Shown: one piece after another, positions 25,207 to 38,368 of the stretch
Position numbering within the stretch: position 1 is the first letter of the stretch
How the letters are laid out: each line of letters opens with the position of its first letter
Assembly (NCBI GenBank): GCA_002269645.1
Contig: NIVC01003968.1
Location: 1 to 64,000 of the forward strand
Length of the DNA: 64,000 bases
From: Macrostomum lignano
Lineage: Eukaryota
Reading direction: 5' to 3'
Notes under the pieces: generated by a model
The model's input: only the letters and a program-made list of their open reading frames with translations
What the model was told of the DNA's origin: nothing
Databases searched by the model: none
Made by a program: the position numbers and the translations under genes

Positions 25207-26886
25207 TCAAGCCAAGACTGTGGCATTGAAACTTGGCTGCATCGACGAGGCGTCGATGACAATCGCAGACGCGTTCCCATGGTGACCGCTTTCGCCAGGC
25301 ACCCGCGGCGGCACAAGCAGGCGTAGCGTCAGGGACGCCGCTAGCACAGTCACAAGGCCGAATAGCACGGGCAGCTTGGAGCGGACCGCGTTGCGCTGCT
25401 TTGCGCCATTAGTTGACGCGCTCAGAAGATAAGAGGACGCCACCTTGGCCGTGTTCTCCTGGCTCCCGGTCGGCTCCGATGGCTCGGGCTCCGGTAGAAG
25501 AGGTCGCCGCTCGCTAATCAGCTCCATGTCGGTCTCCATCTCGGCGTTGAAGTGGGCGGCAGTGGCTCGACCTCGCCAGTCGAGGCGTAGCGCGCAGATG
25601 GCCAGCAGGATGAAGAATGAGACAGATGAAGTGGCGAAGCCGACCCAGAGGCCGTTGAGTCCCCAGCCGGCGGCGAAGGCGAGAGAAATTCCCAATGGAG
25701 CGCCGATAACATAGTAGCCGATGACGTTCATGAGCAACGTGTGCAGATGGCTGTTGCACGCTCTTAATGCGGCTATGCTGGGATAGGCAGCTAGTTGAAA
25801 GGCCGTATAGATTGACAGGTATGGAGACATTGCCACATACAGCTCTGTGGCTTCGGGTTCCAGAGAGAAGATCCGAGGCACCTCATAGCGCAGTAGGAAG
25901 AAGATTATTCCAATCACGGCGCCCATAGTGCCCATAAAGGCCAGGCTAGTAAGCACTAGCCGGACCAATTTTTCGGGCTGCTGGGTGCTCAAATAGTAGC
26001 CGATGCGAGAGATGAGGGCGCTTCCGATGCCTACCGGGATGAGGAAAGCGATGACGTTGAGCTGGAACAGCACTGACTCGGCCGCGATCTCCGCTTTGCC
26101 TATCAGTCCGGCCAGAAAGTTGCCGTACTCTGTGCCTAAGTACCACAGAGACTGGGTGAGCAGGCAGGGCATCACGGTGTACAAAAACTTGCCCCAGTCC
26201 ATGAAGGCGCGAGTGGACCAGCCCGACCAAGTGTCGCGGTGGATGTTCAGACCCCAGATAAAGGCGGTCTGGAGTATTGGAAGCAAGCAGAGACTAATTG
26301 AGAGGCCAAGAGCCGAGCCTGTAAGTCCCAAACCGGCTACTGTCACCAGTAAATACTGCAGCAGAGTGTTGGCGCCGAGGGAGACGCACCGAACGACAAA
26401 TGTAGGCCAGAGGTAGCCGACCGCATCAGTGTAGGCGTTGAGAGCGTCGTACAGGTTCATGGACAAGCTGCCGGGCATTAGGATTATGAGAAAACGCTCG
26501 GCTTTGACTGAAATAACCGGGTCTTGGCCCAACAGGATAAGCAGGTTACCCGCGTTCATGACTAACGTCCAGTTAAAGCAGGTCAGCAGCACAGAGGTCA
26601 ACAGTCCGCGCTGTACAAAGTTGCCAACACGATGCTTCTTGCTACCGCCGATGGTCTGCGCTAGAAATGGCATGAGGCCCCAGCGCACCGAGGAAGCGCA
26701 ATTCTCCACCGTCAGCTGAAAGATGGACAGCGATAGTCCGGCCGCGTCTAGATCCTCCGTGCCTAACGCACCGCAAAAGGCGAGCGTGACTGGCATCATC
26801 ATGCAGTAGAACAGCTGAGTGGCAGACATCGGCATGCCGCGCCGCATGATCCAGGCCAACTCGCGGGCGCTCTCGACGACTGTCAT
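25207..26886 (-). CDS. SLC47A: MATE family (SLC47-like) exporter, copy 2, intronless
   Basis: Near-identical tandem paralogue. The duplicated unit of about 2.3 kb includes the flanks (AGATAACGTAACTGATTTTACCGTTT at about 22488 and 24794). Confidence 0.9.
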   Translation of the reverse strand: MTVVESARELAWIMRRGMPMSATQLFYCMMMPVTLAFCGALGTEDLDAAGLSLSIFQLTVENCASSVRWGLMPFLAQTIGGSKKHRVGNFVQRGLLTSVLLTCFNWTLVMNAGNLLILLGQDPVISVKAERFLIILMPGSLSMNLYDALNAYTDAVGYLWPTFVVRCVSLGANTLLQYLLVTVAGLGLTGSALGLSISLCLLPILQTAFIWGLNIHRDTWSGWSTRAFMDWGKFLYTVMPCLLTQSLWYLGTEYGNFLAGLIGKAEIAAESVLFQLNVIAFLIPVGIGSALISRIGYYLSTQQPEKLVRLVLTSLAFMGTMGAVIGIIFFLLRYEVPRIFSLEPEATELYVAMSPYLSIYTAFQLAAYPSIAALRACNSHLHTLLMNVIGYYVIGAPLGISLAFAAGWGLNGLWVGFATSSVSFFILLAICALRLDWRGRATAAHFNAEMETDMELISERRPLLPEPEPSEPTGSQENTAKVASSYLLSASTNGAKQRNAVRSKLPVLFGLVTVLAASLTLRLLVPPRVPGESGHHGNASAIVIDASSMQPSFNATVLA

Positions 26887-28099
26887 GTCTGCAGGCTGAA
26901 GCTGATTGCTGATTGCTGATTTTATGCTCGATATACGTATTAAACGAATGAATATTGTTGCTTTCACTTGCGCGGTGCAGCTGGCGTATTTATAAACTAG
27001 TTTTTCCAGACCAGTTTCGCCTAACTGCCTGGTATCCCGTAGAAACGAGTTTGTTCACGCTTTCTCGCAACTAGTTTTCTAAAATTAGTCCTTTACGACG
27101 ATAATTTTGGAATTAAAGTTAAACCGGAAATTGGGAGGGGAGAATGTAGCAGCCAGTTTGAGGCACTCAGGCAGCTTCACTAGTGAGAGTCTCTGCATCG
27201 GCAGACGAGAGTAGCCCACACGTTTGCTAGTAGGTCAAAGGTAGAAAGTTTCACGTGTTTCGTTATCAGTTCATGCAACTGTCGCAACTGCACGCTATGA
27301 GGGTGTGGGAACACTGGCGTGAGCAGACAGGCCTGAAGAGTTTGCATCGAATGCTCGTGCGTCTGGAGTGGATTGCACACCAGTTTTTGCCAGTTTAGAA
27401 CCAGTTTTCTATCTGATTAGCAAAAAGTTATTTCAAGTGCAAGCAGGGGTCATATAAAGTGACCTACTATTTTGTCGTAGGTAGTGACAAGAATTTAATG
27501 GAGCCACTATCTTATTGACTCGTAATATGCATGTACTTTCTTTATTTAACAAACGAAGTCAATGTTGACCTTCTCAACAATTCGCATCATCATATAGCCG
27601 TTCAGTACCAGGAAGTCTTTTCATTCCAGAGCATTTGAAAACCGCAGTAACCGCAGGCGAATTCCGCATATGAGGGGTGAACAAAAATTTTCTGGATTTG
27701 AACAGATAGTTAATGGGCTACTGACAATCAATGTACAAGAAGAGTTGGACAACGCTCAGAGAGAGCACTCGCCATTTGTGGTAGGCACTGGTTGGGATAC
27801 CCCACACCAGTGACTGTGACCTGCTGCACAAGTAACACCATGGCTGAATGGCCGGCTTAGTCGCAAAATTGCTTCCATTTGCTCAGCGACACAAAGGTGG
27901 GGTGCTTCCTATTGGAATCCCCTAGGGCCGACTGCTACGTTGTCTCTAGGTCAAATTTGTAGATCCAGGACTCATCGCCACTGAAGATTTCCCAGAACGA
28001 GTGGGAATGACCGAGTATGTTGCGGCACGACGTCACTAAGGCCTGTTTTTACTCCTTGGTACTTGATCCTTTGCTCTTTGATGAGGTATCCGGCGGGCC

Positions 28100-28760
28100 G
28101 AAATCTTTCTGAGATGAAGCTTCGTTGAGAATCGTTGGGATGTAAATCTGAGAAAAATCTGATGGTGAACTTTCAGAAGTGCCAGTGGAACAAGACGCGA
28201 GTGAATTTCTCGGGGTTCGTGGTGGATAACGGAAAAGTATACCAGAACGAGGACAAGGTTCAAGCCATCAAGAGCATGTCACTACCTAAGAATTTAATGA
28301 AGCTGGAGTCCTGGCTCGGGCTTGTCAACTTCTGTGCCAAGATTTTTTCAAGACATTCAAGACATGACAGCACCGTTGGTTCGTCTGAAGCAGGAGGATG
28401 TGGTGTTCCGTTGGGTACCAGCCGAGATGAGCACACACCAGATGATACAGCAATCCATTTTCAAAAACACCGTACTGCGACCTCATGACCTCAATCTGCC
28501 TTTGAACTGGAAGTAGATGCTTCAGGAATGTCTCTTGGAGGTGTTCTTAGTCAGGAAGGTCAGCCTCATGTTCTGTTTAAAAGCAAGATTCTATTTCAGG
28601 CAGAGACGAAGACGAATTACTCCCAGATAGAGCGGGAGGCTCTCGCTATCGTGTGTGGAATTCATAATGCCACATGTTTCTATGCGGCAGCTAGACTGCA
28701 GAGATGGGCCATTATCCTGACTGCGTATGATTGAGATACATTACCGATCTAAGTGATAGG
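28100..28760 (+). mobile_element. Degenerate Ty3/Gypsy pol fragment (RT thumb to RNase H)
   Basis: KCQW...VNFSGFVV...KVQAIKSM..PKNL..LESWLGLVNF; TAPLVRL...FRW; EVDASGMSLGGVLSQ; NYSQIEREALAIV; RLQRWAIILTAYD. Multiple frameshifts and deletions. Confidence 0.85.
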
Positions 28761-30720
28761 CCGTGTGGGCCTGTCCGAAGATAGCTTTTAACAAAAGACA
28801 TGATTTTGAAACAAATTTGCAGTTTTCAAGTTCCGAAATTGAAATTGAATACGTCAATTTAGTGCTAAAGAACGGAAAACTTTACCAAAAAATTGCAAGA
28901 TTTGCAGCGTCTTACGTCAGCTGTTCAAAGTTCGTGTGCGCCAGCGCCCTTATCGCGTAATCCAGACGAAGGAATGAAAAACAAAAACAAGAGAATTGCA
29001 TTAATATGCTACTTTCTACTGTTGCTAGCAGTATGTTTGGACTGTGCTTTAACTTTGAAACAGGTTTGCCGTATTTTAATAATGTTTCTGAATCATTGAA
29101 CTTTTTTTCAAATCACTGTACCTCGTGGTTAAGTTTGAACTGGAGTTTGAAAGAAAGTTAGGAACTGAATGAATTTTTGGGTATTCTATTATGAACTCGT
29201 TACCAGTAGCATTATGGTGTCCAGCATACGAAGAAAGTAGCAAAAAGGCATTGTTACTTTAAGTAAAAGCATGAGAACTACATCATTAAAGTCTCCAGAC
29301 ATGAGCCCCATCGAGCAACGCGAAGAGTTCATCAGGGTACATTGTTTAACTGTTGTGCCGCGTGACTTGACTTGACTATTGCTCTGCCCCACCTTTACCA
29401 AGGTCAGGGCACCCAACTCGGCCCTACTAAGGGACCTTTCCGACGTTTTCAGCTCCAAGAATCTCTGCCAACTCATACACTTACCCTAAAGTTATCGGGC
29501 GAGCGACCATCCACCTCCTGGACTCAACGCCACCCCGATGTATCCGGATATCCAGAGTCCCCTGCAGCTTAGCCAAGTAAGTCAAGTAGCTATTGCTCTC
29601 CCAGCGGACGAGCGTATGTTCGCGTGGATTGTTATGCGTAGCACAAGGCAAAGCGTGCGTGTCTTCAGCGTCGATACTGATACAGTGTATGAATTGAACA
29701 AGTTAGAAAGTTCTGCATCAGATTCTGTATGTTATTGGTTTTATCAAGAAGCGGTGACCTCTCCCTCTCTTAATTTATTATTCGAAGCTGAGACAGTGAT
29801 TGGCTAAGATAGTTACGAGTATGATTGGATAGGAAAACACGAAAAAACGGCAAGTTGCAAGGCTACATGTAAGAACAAAATGTTTGGGACAAGTTAGTTT
29901 TGAACTGGAATATACGAGACACTGGTACTGACTCAACCAAAAATGATGTCCTAGAAATTCCCAATCCAGAATTAAAGCGCACAGTCCAATCACAGTTTAG
30001 ATTAGCAACTGTGCTGCGAAACAATTGAGGACTGCATGATCAAAGATTCCTCACGAGAACAGGACCCGCCCAAAGTGCCAATGTCAAACGTCGAAAGAAT
30101 GATTCATAGAATTGTGCAGAAAGCTTACAAAATACAGCACGCGAAAAATAAGAGATTTTAAAAAAATATATATTTTGACGCTTCTGACGTTAAATAGAGT
30201 TTTTACCAGTTTTACCATGATCCATCAAGGAAAGCTTTAGAAAACATTCATTAGCACTAAGAGATTGGAATAATTGAAATTTCTCTGAAATCCTTGCTCT
30301 CTTACCAATCTAGTGTAGTTTGGTTTTTATCGAAACTTCAGCTGGATAAAATATGAAAATGAAAATCTTGAAAGTGGAAATTTTGAAAAGTAGCGTTCTT
30401 ATAATCAAGTAGTCCGTTCTTGTCTCTGTCACGTGACCTGGGCACGAATATGGGAGTTTAGCCTATTAGCTGGAGCTAATATGGCCTACCCCAAAGAGAA
30501 ATGGGAAAATTTTCAAGTTGGCGCTTTAATCCTTTCGAATCCATCAGTTAGTTTCCCTCGACATTGTACAACGACCTCCGTAATTAAAATGTAATTAAAG
30601 TCATGTGATGGGCCTGAAAACCTGAATATCTAAGAAGCTCTTACATACTTTTCTCAATTCTGATCATCGGGTCCAAAATGATCGCCATTCTAAAAGAATG
30701 CCCGAATATGAGCTCAAGCT

Positions 30721-32900
30721 TCAAACGTGAAGCTGCATTGGTTGAGTCTCAGCCTGCACTTGAACCACCTCCCTCACGGCCCCATTTGAGTTGCCAACCT
30801 CGGGAACGGCCGAATACCGGACGCGTAGTGGCTGCCCAGCACCGTCACCGCTGCCCAGCTGGCCGCAGCATCGCCCACAGGCCCGAGAGTCGGCAACGGG
30901 TGAAGCAAAAGCAAAGTAGATGATTGGGTTGAGCACGCTGTGCAGCAGAACGAGGTGGCGCAGCAGCGGCATCAGCGGCGAGTCGGCGAGCAAGCGACCG
31001 TTAGAAAATACGTTGGCCAGGATGGCTAGGAGATACGGCAGCCAGCAGGCTAGGAAGGCGTTTACAACTGTCAGACTCATGTACACCGCCCTGATTTTAG
31101 CTCGCGATAGGAGCCGACTGCCGGATGCGCGATGGACGGTCAAGCGCTGACCAATTACTCCAGTGTTGCTGCTGCTGTGGGCTTCGCTAGCGCAGCTAAT
31201 GCTATTTGGGTTGGACAGCTCGGCATTGTGGGCGGCTCGGGTGCGGCGCCAAATTGTTTGTACAATTCGAGTGTAACAATAGACCATGATAGTTGTGGGA
31301 ATGGCGAACACAAACAACGGTACGTAAAGAACGTAAACTTTACGCTGCCAATCGGCCGTGTAGCCACTGCTACTACATTGAATAACGCTGACGTTGAATG
31401 GGTTGTCTTCAGCGTCAGTTTGTTCTACTGAGACCGTCTTGACACGAAAGATTAATAGTTGTGGCGTAGAGAATAGCAGTGCAGCCAGCCAGCATGCGCC
31501 GATGCGGCGGGCAATAAAACTGTTGCTACGAAATATTGCGAGCGGTTTAACAATCACCTGTTGGTTGGTTGGTTGGTTGGTTGGTTGGTTGGTTGGTTGG
31601 TTGGTTGGTTGGTTGGTTGGTTGGTTGGTTGGTTGGTTGGTTGGTTGGTTGGTTGGTTGGTTGGTTGGTTGGTTGGTTGGTTGGTTGGTTGGTTGGTTGG
31701 TTGGTTGGTTGGTTGGTTGGTTGGTTGGTTGGTTGGTTGGTTGGTTGGTTGGTTGGTTGGTTGGTTGGTTGGTTGGTTGGTTGGTTGGTTGGTTGGTTGG
31801 TTGGTTGGTTGGTTGGTTGGTTGGTTGGTTGGTTGGTTGGTTGGTTGGTTGGTTGGTTGGTTGGTTGGTTGGTTGGTTGGTTGGTTGGTTGGTTGGTTGG
31901 TTGGTTGGTTGGTTGGTTGGTTGGTTGGTTGGTTGGTTGGTTGGTTGGTTGGTTGGTTGGTTGGTTGGTTGGTTGGTTGGTTGGTTGGTTGGTTGGTTGG
32001 TTGGTTGGTTGGTTGGTTGGTTGGTTGGTTGGTTGGTTGGTTGGTTGGTTGGTTGGTTGGTTGGTTGGTTGGTTGGTTGGTTGGTTGGTTGGTTGGTTGG
32101 TTGGTTGGTTGGTTGGTTGGTTGGTTGGTTGGTTGGTTGGTTGGTTGGTTGGTTGGTTGGTTGGTTGGTTGGTTGGTTGGTTGGTTGGTTGGTTGGTTGG
32201 TTGGTTGGTTGGTTGGTTGGTTGGTTGGTTGGTTGGTTGGTTGGTTGGTTGGTTGGTTGGTTGGTTGGTTGGTTGGTTGGTTGGTTGGTTGGTTGGTTGG
32301 TTGGTTGGTTGGTTGGTTGTTGTTGGTTGGTTGGTTGGTTGGTTGGTTGGTTGGTTGGTTGGTTGGTTGGTTGGTTGGTTGGTTGGTTGGTTGGTTGGTT
32401 GGTTGGTTGGTTGGTTGGTTGGTTGGTTGGTTGGTTGGTTGGTTGGTTGGTTGGTTGGTTGGTGGCTGTATAGTTAAATCTGTAAAGCTGATGCTGATCC
32501 TACCTCAAAGCGATCAATGCTCATAGCCACCAGCAGAAAAGCGGTGGACGCCAGGCACACAAACTGCGTGTAGACAGTCATCTTACACATGACGACGCCT
32601 AGAGTCCATTGACCGAACACCGTAAATAGCAGCTCTCCCGTGCAGACTACCGAACCCACAGCCAAATCACCAACGGCCAAGTTCAGTAGGAAGCAATTGA
32701 GGCGAAGGATTCGGCCAGTTTGACGTCGGGCTCGACGAATGTGTGCTACAAGTAGAGCGTTGCCGCACAGAGTCGTAAGCATAATCGCGCCTAGGAGAGC
32801 CAACGTGCCAACAGACTGCTTGCTCAGATGGTACTCGTAGACGACTGGTCCGTTAGCATTTCGTGAACTGTGTTGATTGATGGAATAAGTGGGTTTTCAT
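30721..32900 (-). CDS. Rhodopsin-family neuropeptide GPCR of the vasopressin/oxytocin-CCAP/NPS receptor group; exons about 32900-32504 and 31557-30721; N-terminus unresolved
   Basis: TM1 GN, TM2 [24 protein letters not shown]|VIVKPL (donor GAG|gtagga at 32503, acceptor cag|GTG at 31558, phase 0), [14 protein letters not shown]...YCY..I...[23 protein letters not shown]. The frame stays open upstream ([10 protein letters not shown]) with no ATG. Confidence 0.88.
31560..32462. repeat. (TTGG)n microsatellite of about 900 bp filling the GPCR intron
   Basis: Directly visible and nearly perfect, with one interruption near 32318. Confidence 0.98.
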
Positions 32901-35714
32901 CTACTGACGGTATCGTTTCCTGTCTTGCATGTAAAATTTTGGTAATTGTTTAACCTTTGGTGAATAAATCAGTCATTGAAGAAAGAGTCTGAGTATGATT
33001 ATAGGTCTCAGTAGCGCATGAAAACGTGCTTGCACAAAAGATAAAGCTATTAAGGCTCATATGCAAGTCCTAAACATGTATCCTATACATGCAGTACTAA
33101 AAATAGTTCCAATTATACTCACCGGTTTAGCAGCCCCAACTCTTGCATGTCTGCTACCAAGTGATACTTTGACCACTTCCTACTTTGAACTATTATAGTG
33201 GGTGGTGTTAACAAACTCAGTAAGTACACTGATGCGGGAGAAATTCCGGGCAGATAATTTTTCTGTAGACTAGAAAATAAGTCTCTAATTTAGCTACTCT
33301 GCTTTTGTAGCCTGATATTTGGACAGTCAGCTTCCCCAAGAGGCTGAGCTCAATGCAGCCAATAAGCAAGCTTTCCATCGTTTTTGCCTTTCCATCGATG
33401 GCTCTAGTTTTGAGTAGAGTTTCGTTGCGCCTGCCTTCTATTCATTATGCACCATTGCTTTCTGGGAGAACAACCAAAATCAAGTCCCACTTAGTTACCG
33501 GCATGAAACGGAAACTCTTTAGATTCTCTCATATAGAACTTCATGGGAAACTCAGTTTTGCTCTGAAAGATAGCTCAACTTTAATTGGCATGAGCCAAGA
33601 ATAAGAGCCTCCGACAGATTCTCGTACATGTAGACATTTGAGTCGCCAAGTGTCAATCCGAATTTCTCGCGAACAGAACGAAACGGATCCCGACAATTTG
33701 CTTTTCATGCTATTTTGAAGAGAGATTGCACTGTCCTGTAGATGATTTCGCGCTTGTAGTTTCTGACCTCTGCCACTTAATTTGGTCTACAGTCATTTTT
33801 TTCTTTGACGATTTTGCTCCTGATTTGATTGGAACCACAGAAGATACACGGAATTCTCCCTGATTTTTTCTGCTGCACTAGCAACGCAGGCACACGAAAT
33901 TCAAGAAGGCAGAACAACTGTCTGTTACGCACCTTCTCAAACCCTTGAGAAGGTGCGTATGGTTGCCAGCCCTCTGGACCGTCGAGATATTCAACAATTC
34001 AGTGTACCCCGGAGCGCCAAAACAGCACTGCGCCTCAGTGCGGCCTTGCTAAGCTTCTGAATTTCATCAGCCACGTTGAGCACATCTGTTTACATTAGCT
34101 CTGACTTCGTTGGTCACGTACTGGCCTTCACCCAGGCGGAGCTTCTGGACCTTCAGCAGGTGGCACCAGGTGACACCCTGTACGGAATTTCTCAAGTTTC
34201 GTTGATCAAGCCTTGACAGCAAACTTCAACTGTCGGACATCCTCAGCTAGTCTCTCGAACATTCCGTCATCTCTCCGATGCTGTCGGCAGCGAGTCAGCG
34301 CGTGTATCGTGCCCACAGACCAATGAATATAACTAGACCCGACCCGTGCACCTCCTACATGTAATCCCCATCTTTTGAGACAGAAAATCTGTGTAAAAAT
34401 AGTCATTCAGATTCCACTAACTGTGAGGAACTGTAAATAAAGTCCAATAAATGACTTGAATATTGAAACTATATCACGTATACTTTTTGGACTCGAAGCC
34501 CGTATTCGTGCGTGTTAGAGATGTAACTGCACTAAAACATGTTTTCATACAGTGTCTATAGTCTACCTTTCGCTTAGGTGTTAAGCAGCAGCCTCAAAAA
34601 AGTAATTCCTAACCATGTATCTCAATAAAAGCAACTTAATCTAGCATGCTTCGCTGCTGTCTGATAAAAATTGTTTTTCAACTACCTGGACTAGGAACTA
34701 TGATTGTCTGCTACATCTCTGAGTAACATCTCTGCTTCGAAAATCCGATTTAAAAGTCAAATCACCGAGTCAATATGCTTCCCAGTTTCCCATGCAATCT
34801 GTAGAGCACTGATTACCTGGGTGAAAATAACAAAATATCTGATCCTCGAGACAGCAAGAAAAAATATCTGTTTTGAACTTTCCGGATCGGAGCTGAGCTG
34901 ATCCGGGAATTCCTAGCGGAATCAGCTGTATCCTTGGGGATTTATTCCCATGCTGAATACGGATTAAAGAAAGAAAGCATCTATTCTGGTCAAGCAATAA
35001 TTCATCAGTATGTTTCCGATTTTTCCTCTTCATTTCTTTAGAAGCGCATTCGAATAAAAACAGGAAATGTGATGACCTTTCTTCTACAACCATTAGAGCT
35101 AAAAACTACTCATACTTGAGTGCAGACCGCTCAACAAAGTCGCGTGATAGCTTTTTTATCTTTTTCAAAAGTATTACTGCTGTTAAACAAGATTTCAGGC
35201 AACTGTTCTTGGGGTAGAGACAATTTGTTTCGGTAGTCTATCATTGCTCTATAATATACATAAATATTTATACTCAGCAACAGTCAAAAGTTCCACCCTC
35301 TAAGCGAGATGAATTTTCTCACTTTTCGAGTGACGCAACTTACGGCACGCGCGAGTCTTATTGCCACTTGAATTGACCAGGATAACAATAACGCACCACC
35401 ACACCGAGCCGATGCTGTTAGTCAACTAAAAGAACAGCTACAGCTGAGCACTCTGCGCTGGCCTTCCCGGTCCCCAGACATGAATCCCATCGAGCATGTC
35501 TCGTGAGACTTTCCAAAACGCAGCATTCGAAAAGAGAATCCACCACAGAATGTTGCGGAGCTGCGTCATGCCATTGAAACCGCTTGGCAGCAGCTTCTCC
35601 AGGACTTTCTGCACCGCCTCATCCTGGGGATGCCGCGCAGAGTCGCCGGCGCCGCACTTCTGCGTGCGAAGGGATCCCACACGCGTTAGTAAGTATCGCG
35701 ATTCTAACTGCTTA

Positions 35715-37595
35715 TCTCTAACTATAAAAATCAAAACTCTGTCTGTGTGTCTGTCTGTCTGTCTGTCTGTGTGTCTGTGGACAATTTTGATCGCTATGGA
35801 CTCCCAAACCACTCAACCAACTAACACCAAATTTTACACCCACCCTAAACTCACTACGGAGAATGTCTTAGGCTATCTTTTAATTTCCTAAATTTGAGTC
35901 TTCCTACCTAAAAGTGCAAAAAACTGCTCAAAATGCGCGATTTTTTCACTAACTCCTCCATAGCGCCGCTCCACTTCTACCGATTCTCTTCAAATTTGAC
36001 ACAGATTATCTTTAACTATTTTGGCACAATCGTGTAAAATTTCGAGTATCAAAGTTAATCCTGAGCGGTGCTGTGCGCTTTTAAAGTTAGGCTGTTTTTT
36101 TCAGCGTAGCAACCACCCCAACCTCCGCCCGCCTGCCTCTCTTTCCCGATCTGGGCCCAGATGTGTAAAAGGGTTTCAAAATTGACTAACTTTCAGCTGC
36201 CATAAGTTTGCTCCACGTAAAGCGATTGACTTCAAGCTTGACACAATTCTTCATTGACTCATTCTCTATCTAAATGTAAAGTTTCAACTCTGTAACTCAA
36301 CCGAAAAAGAAACTGTAAGCATGTGAAGTTTGTCTGCTTTTTCTGTTGTTTGTGCCACTCACTCACTCATTCCCCCCAGAGCGAGACGAAGGGTCAGGCG
36401 ATAGGACTGAATGTACATAGCAAATGTACAGTGTTTTGGAATAACTTTTTAATAGCCTTCTCTGTACCCCCGAGCGTGGAGAGGCTACGTTTAGCCATGA
36501 CAGTTTAGTGAGAAATTCTAACCACTGTCCTTTGTATTGGCAAACTCTGCAGCAGTTTAACAGTGGATGGCAAATCGAGGGAATCCAGCATGGTTTGTAA
36601 AAGCGAAAGATTTATGATAAGGCGATGCAATGCAATACAACCCTACTAAATTAGGCACACCATGGAAATTTTAGGTTTCTTTTATAGGTACTGTGTAAAT
36701 ATTAAATGGCCTCCTAAGAGATGCGTATTTCCTTGGTTGTTAGACTGATGCAGACTGCAGTGGAGCTGAAGATACACAAATTCCTTTCAGGGCTGCAAAT
36801 TGGCAAGAAAGATGACGTGATCAAAGCGTGAGAACAACCATGAGAGTACTACGTCCCACAAACTGGCTTTCCAAGCAGGGATAGACAGACTTTTACCTCA
36901 AAGGCCAGATAAAGAATCCAGCTCATAGCTGAGGGGCAGATGAAAGTGGAAAGAAGAAGGAATAGACGATTCGAAGAGAGGAGAGGCGATAGAGGGGATA
37001 AAAGAAAAGATAAAAGATAATAGGAGAGATGAGGGGGTGAGGACGATGAGAGAGAGGGGAGAAGAGGGGAGAGAGGAAAAGCAAAAGGAGAGAGTAGAGA
37101 TGAGAGAGCAGAGAGCTGCAGATGAGAGGAGACAGCAGAGAGGAGAGCAGAAAGGAAACAGGTGAAAGAAGGGATGAGAGAGTAAAGGGAAGAGAGAAGA
37201 GATAAAGATACATCTCTACATCTCTAAGGTTGTAGAGATGAGAGAGGTGGAAGGAGAGATGAGAGATAACGGAGAGAGGAGAGTGGAGTGAGAGAAGAGA
37301 GGGAGACAGAGTATAGAAAAGGGAAGAGAAGAGAAAAGAAGAAAGGAGAAAGGAAAGTGAGGAGTCAAAAGAGGGGAAAGAAAAGAGTACAGAGGAGAGA
37401 GGTGAGAGAACATATAAGACAGAGATGCCAGATTAAAGAGGGGGATGAGAGAGCAGAGATGAGAGTGAACAGATAAAAGATGGGAGAGTAGAGAGAACAG
37501 AGGAGAGGTTACAGAGACGAGAGGAGAGAGGAGAGGAAAGAGGAGAATGGAGAGGGGAGAGAGTAGAGAGAGGAGGAGAGATAAGAGAGAAAGAC

Positions 37596-37673
<78 letters not shown>

Positions 37674-38368
37674 AGCAGAGAGAAATGAGAAGAGATAAGA
37701 GAGAAAAGATAAAAGAAGAGAAAGGAAAGATGAGAGAGCAAAGACGAGAGAGAAAAGAGGTGAGGGAAGAGAGAAGAGGGACAGATGAGAGAGTAGTGGA
37801 GAGAGTTAGGAGAAGAGAGAAAAGAATAGAAAGGAGAAGGAAGATGAGAGAGAAGTGGGGGTGAGAGGAGAGAGGAGAGGGCGAGAGAGGAGAGAGGAGA
37901 GGAGAGAGAAAACGAAAAAGTAGAGAGGAGAAAGGAGAGGAGAGAGAAAAGAAGAGACAAGAGATGAGATAAGAGAGATGAAAGAGAAGAGAGATGAGGG
38001 AAGATACGAGAGAAGAGGGGAGAGAGGAGAGAGGAGAGACGAGGGACGAGAGAGATGAGAGGAAACAAAGAGACGATAGAAATTTTAAAGGATCCAAGGG
38101 ACGTAGGGAGAGTCAGGGAGAGACCAGAGTTTAGCAATATATGTTTTAGAGTCAGACAGACATTGCCTGACATTCTGCGCAGTACCCCAGCCAACAATGT
38201 CTCAAACCCTAATTTTACACGAATGTGCTCCATTTTATGTCTACCTCTATCCTACTAACTATTAACAAGTTTTTGTTTGTGTATGGCCTTAGATTTCAGA
38301 ATACATGCAAAAATAGTTCCGGGGATTGGAATTCCCCGGGTTCAAAATCCGCGGGTTTCAACAGCTTG
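35715..38368 (+). mobile_element. Helitron-like non-autonomous insertion
   Basis: Starts TC after a host A, followed by ...CTATAAAAATC and a (CTGT)n stretch. Subterminal hairpin CCGGGGA...TCCCCGG at 38319-38339. Ends CTTG before a host T. No TSD. The 3' end differs from the canonical CTRR. Confidence 0.55.
36930..38110. repeat. Purine-rich low-complexity tract with an (AG)n core at about 37601-37665
   Basis: Directly visible. The SPL- and RE-rich ORFs here are artefacts. Confidence 0.95.

Noticed and set aside
29189-29600. MSGDFN motif suggesting a LINE AP-endonuclease fragment
   Set aside because: Only one short motif with no supporting neighbours, too weak to call.
31394-32526. Long LVGW-repeat ORFs of 300-360 aa
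   Set aside because: They are translations of the (TTGG)n microsatellite inside the GPCR intron.
33950-34410. GC-richer island that might be a decayed coding or transposon fragment
   Set aside because: Stops occur in the plausible frames and I recognise no motif.
36923-38258. Leu/Ser-rich and Arg/Glu-rich ORFs resembling membrane or coiled-coil proteins
   Set aside because: Artefacts of the polypurine tract.
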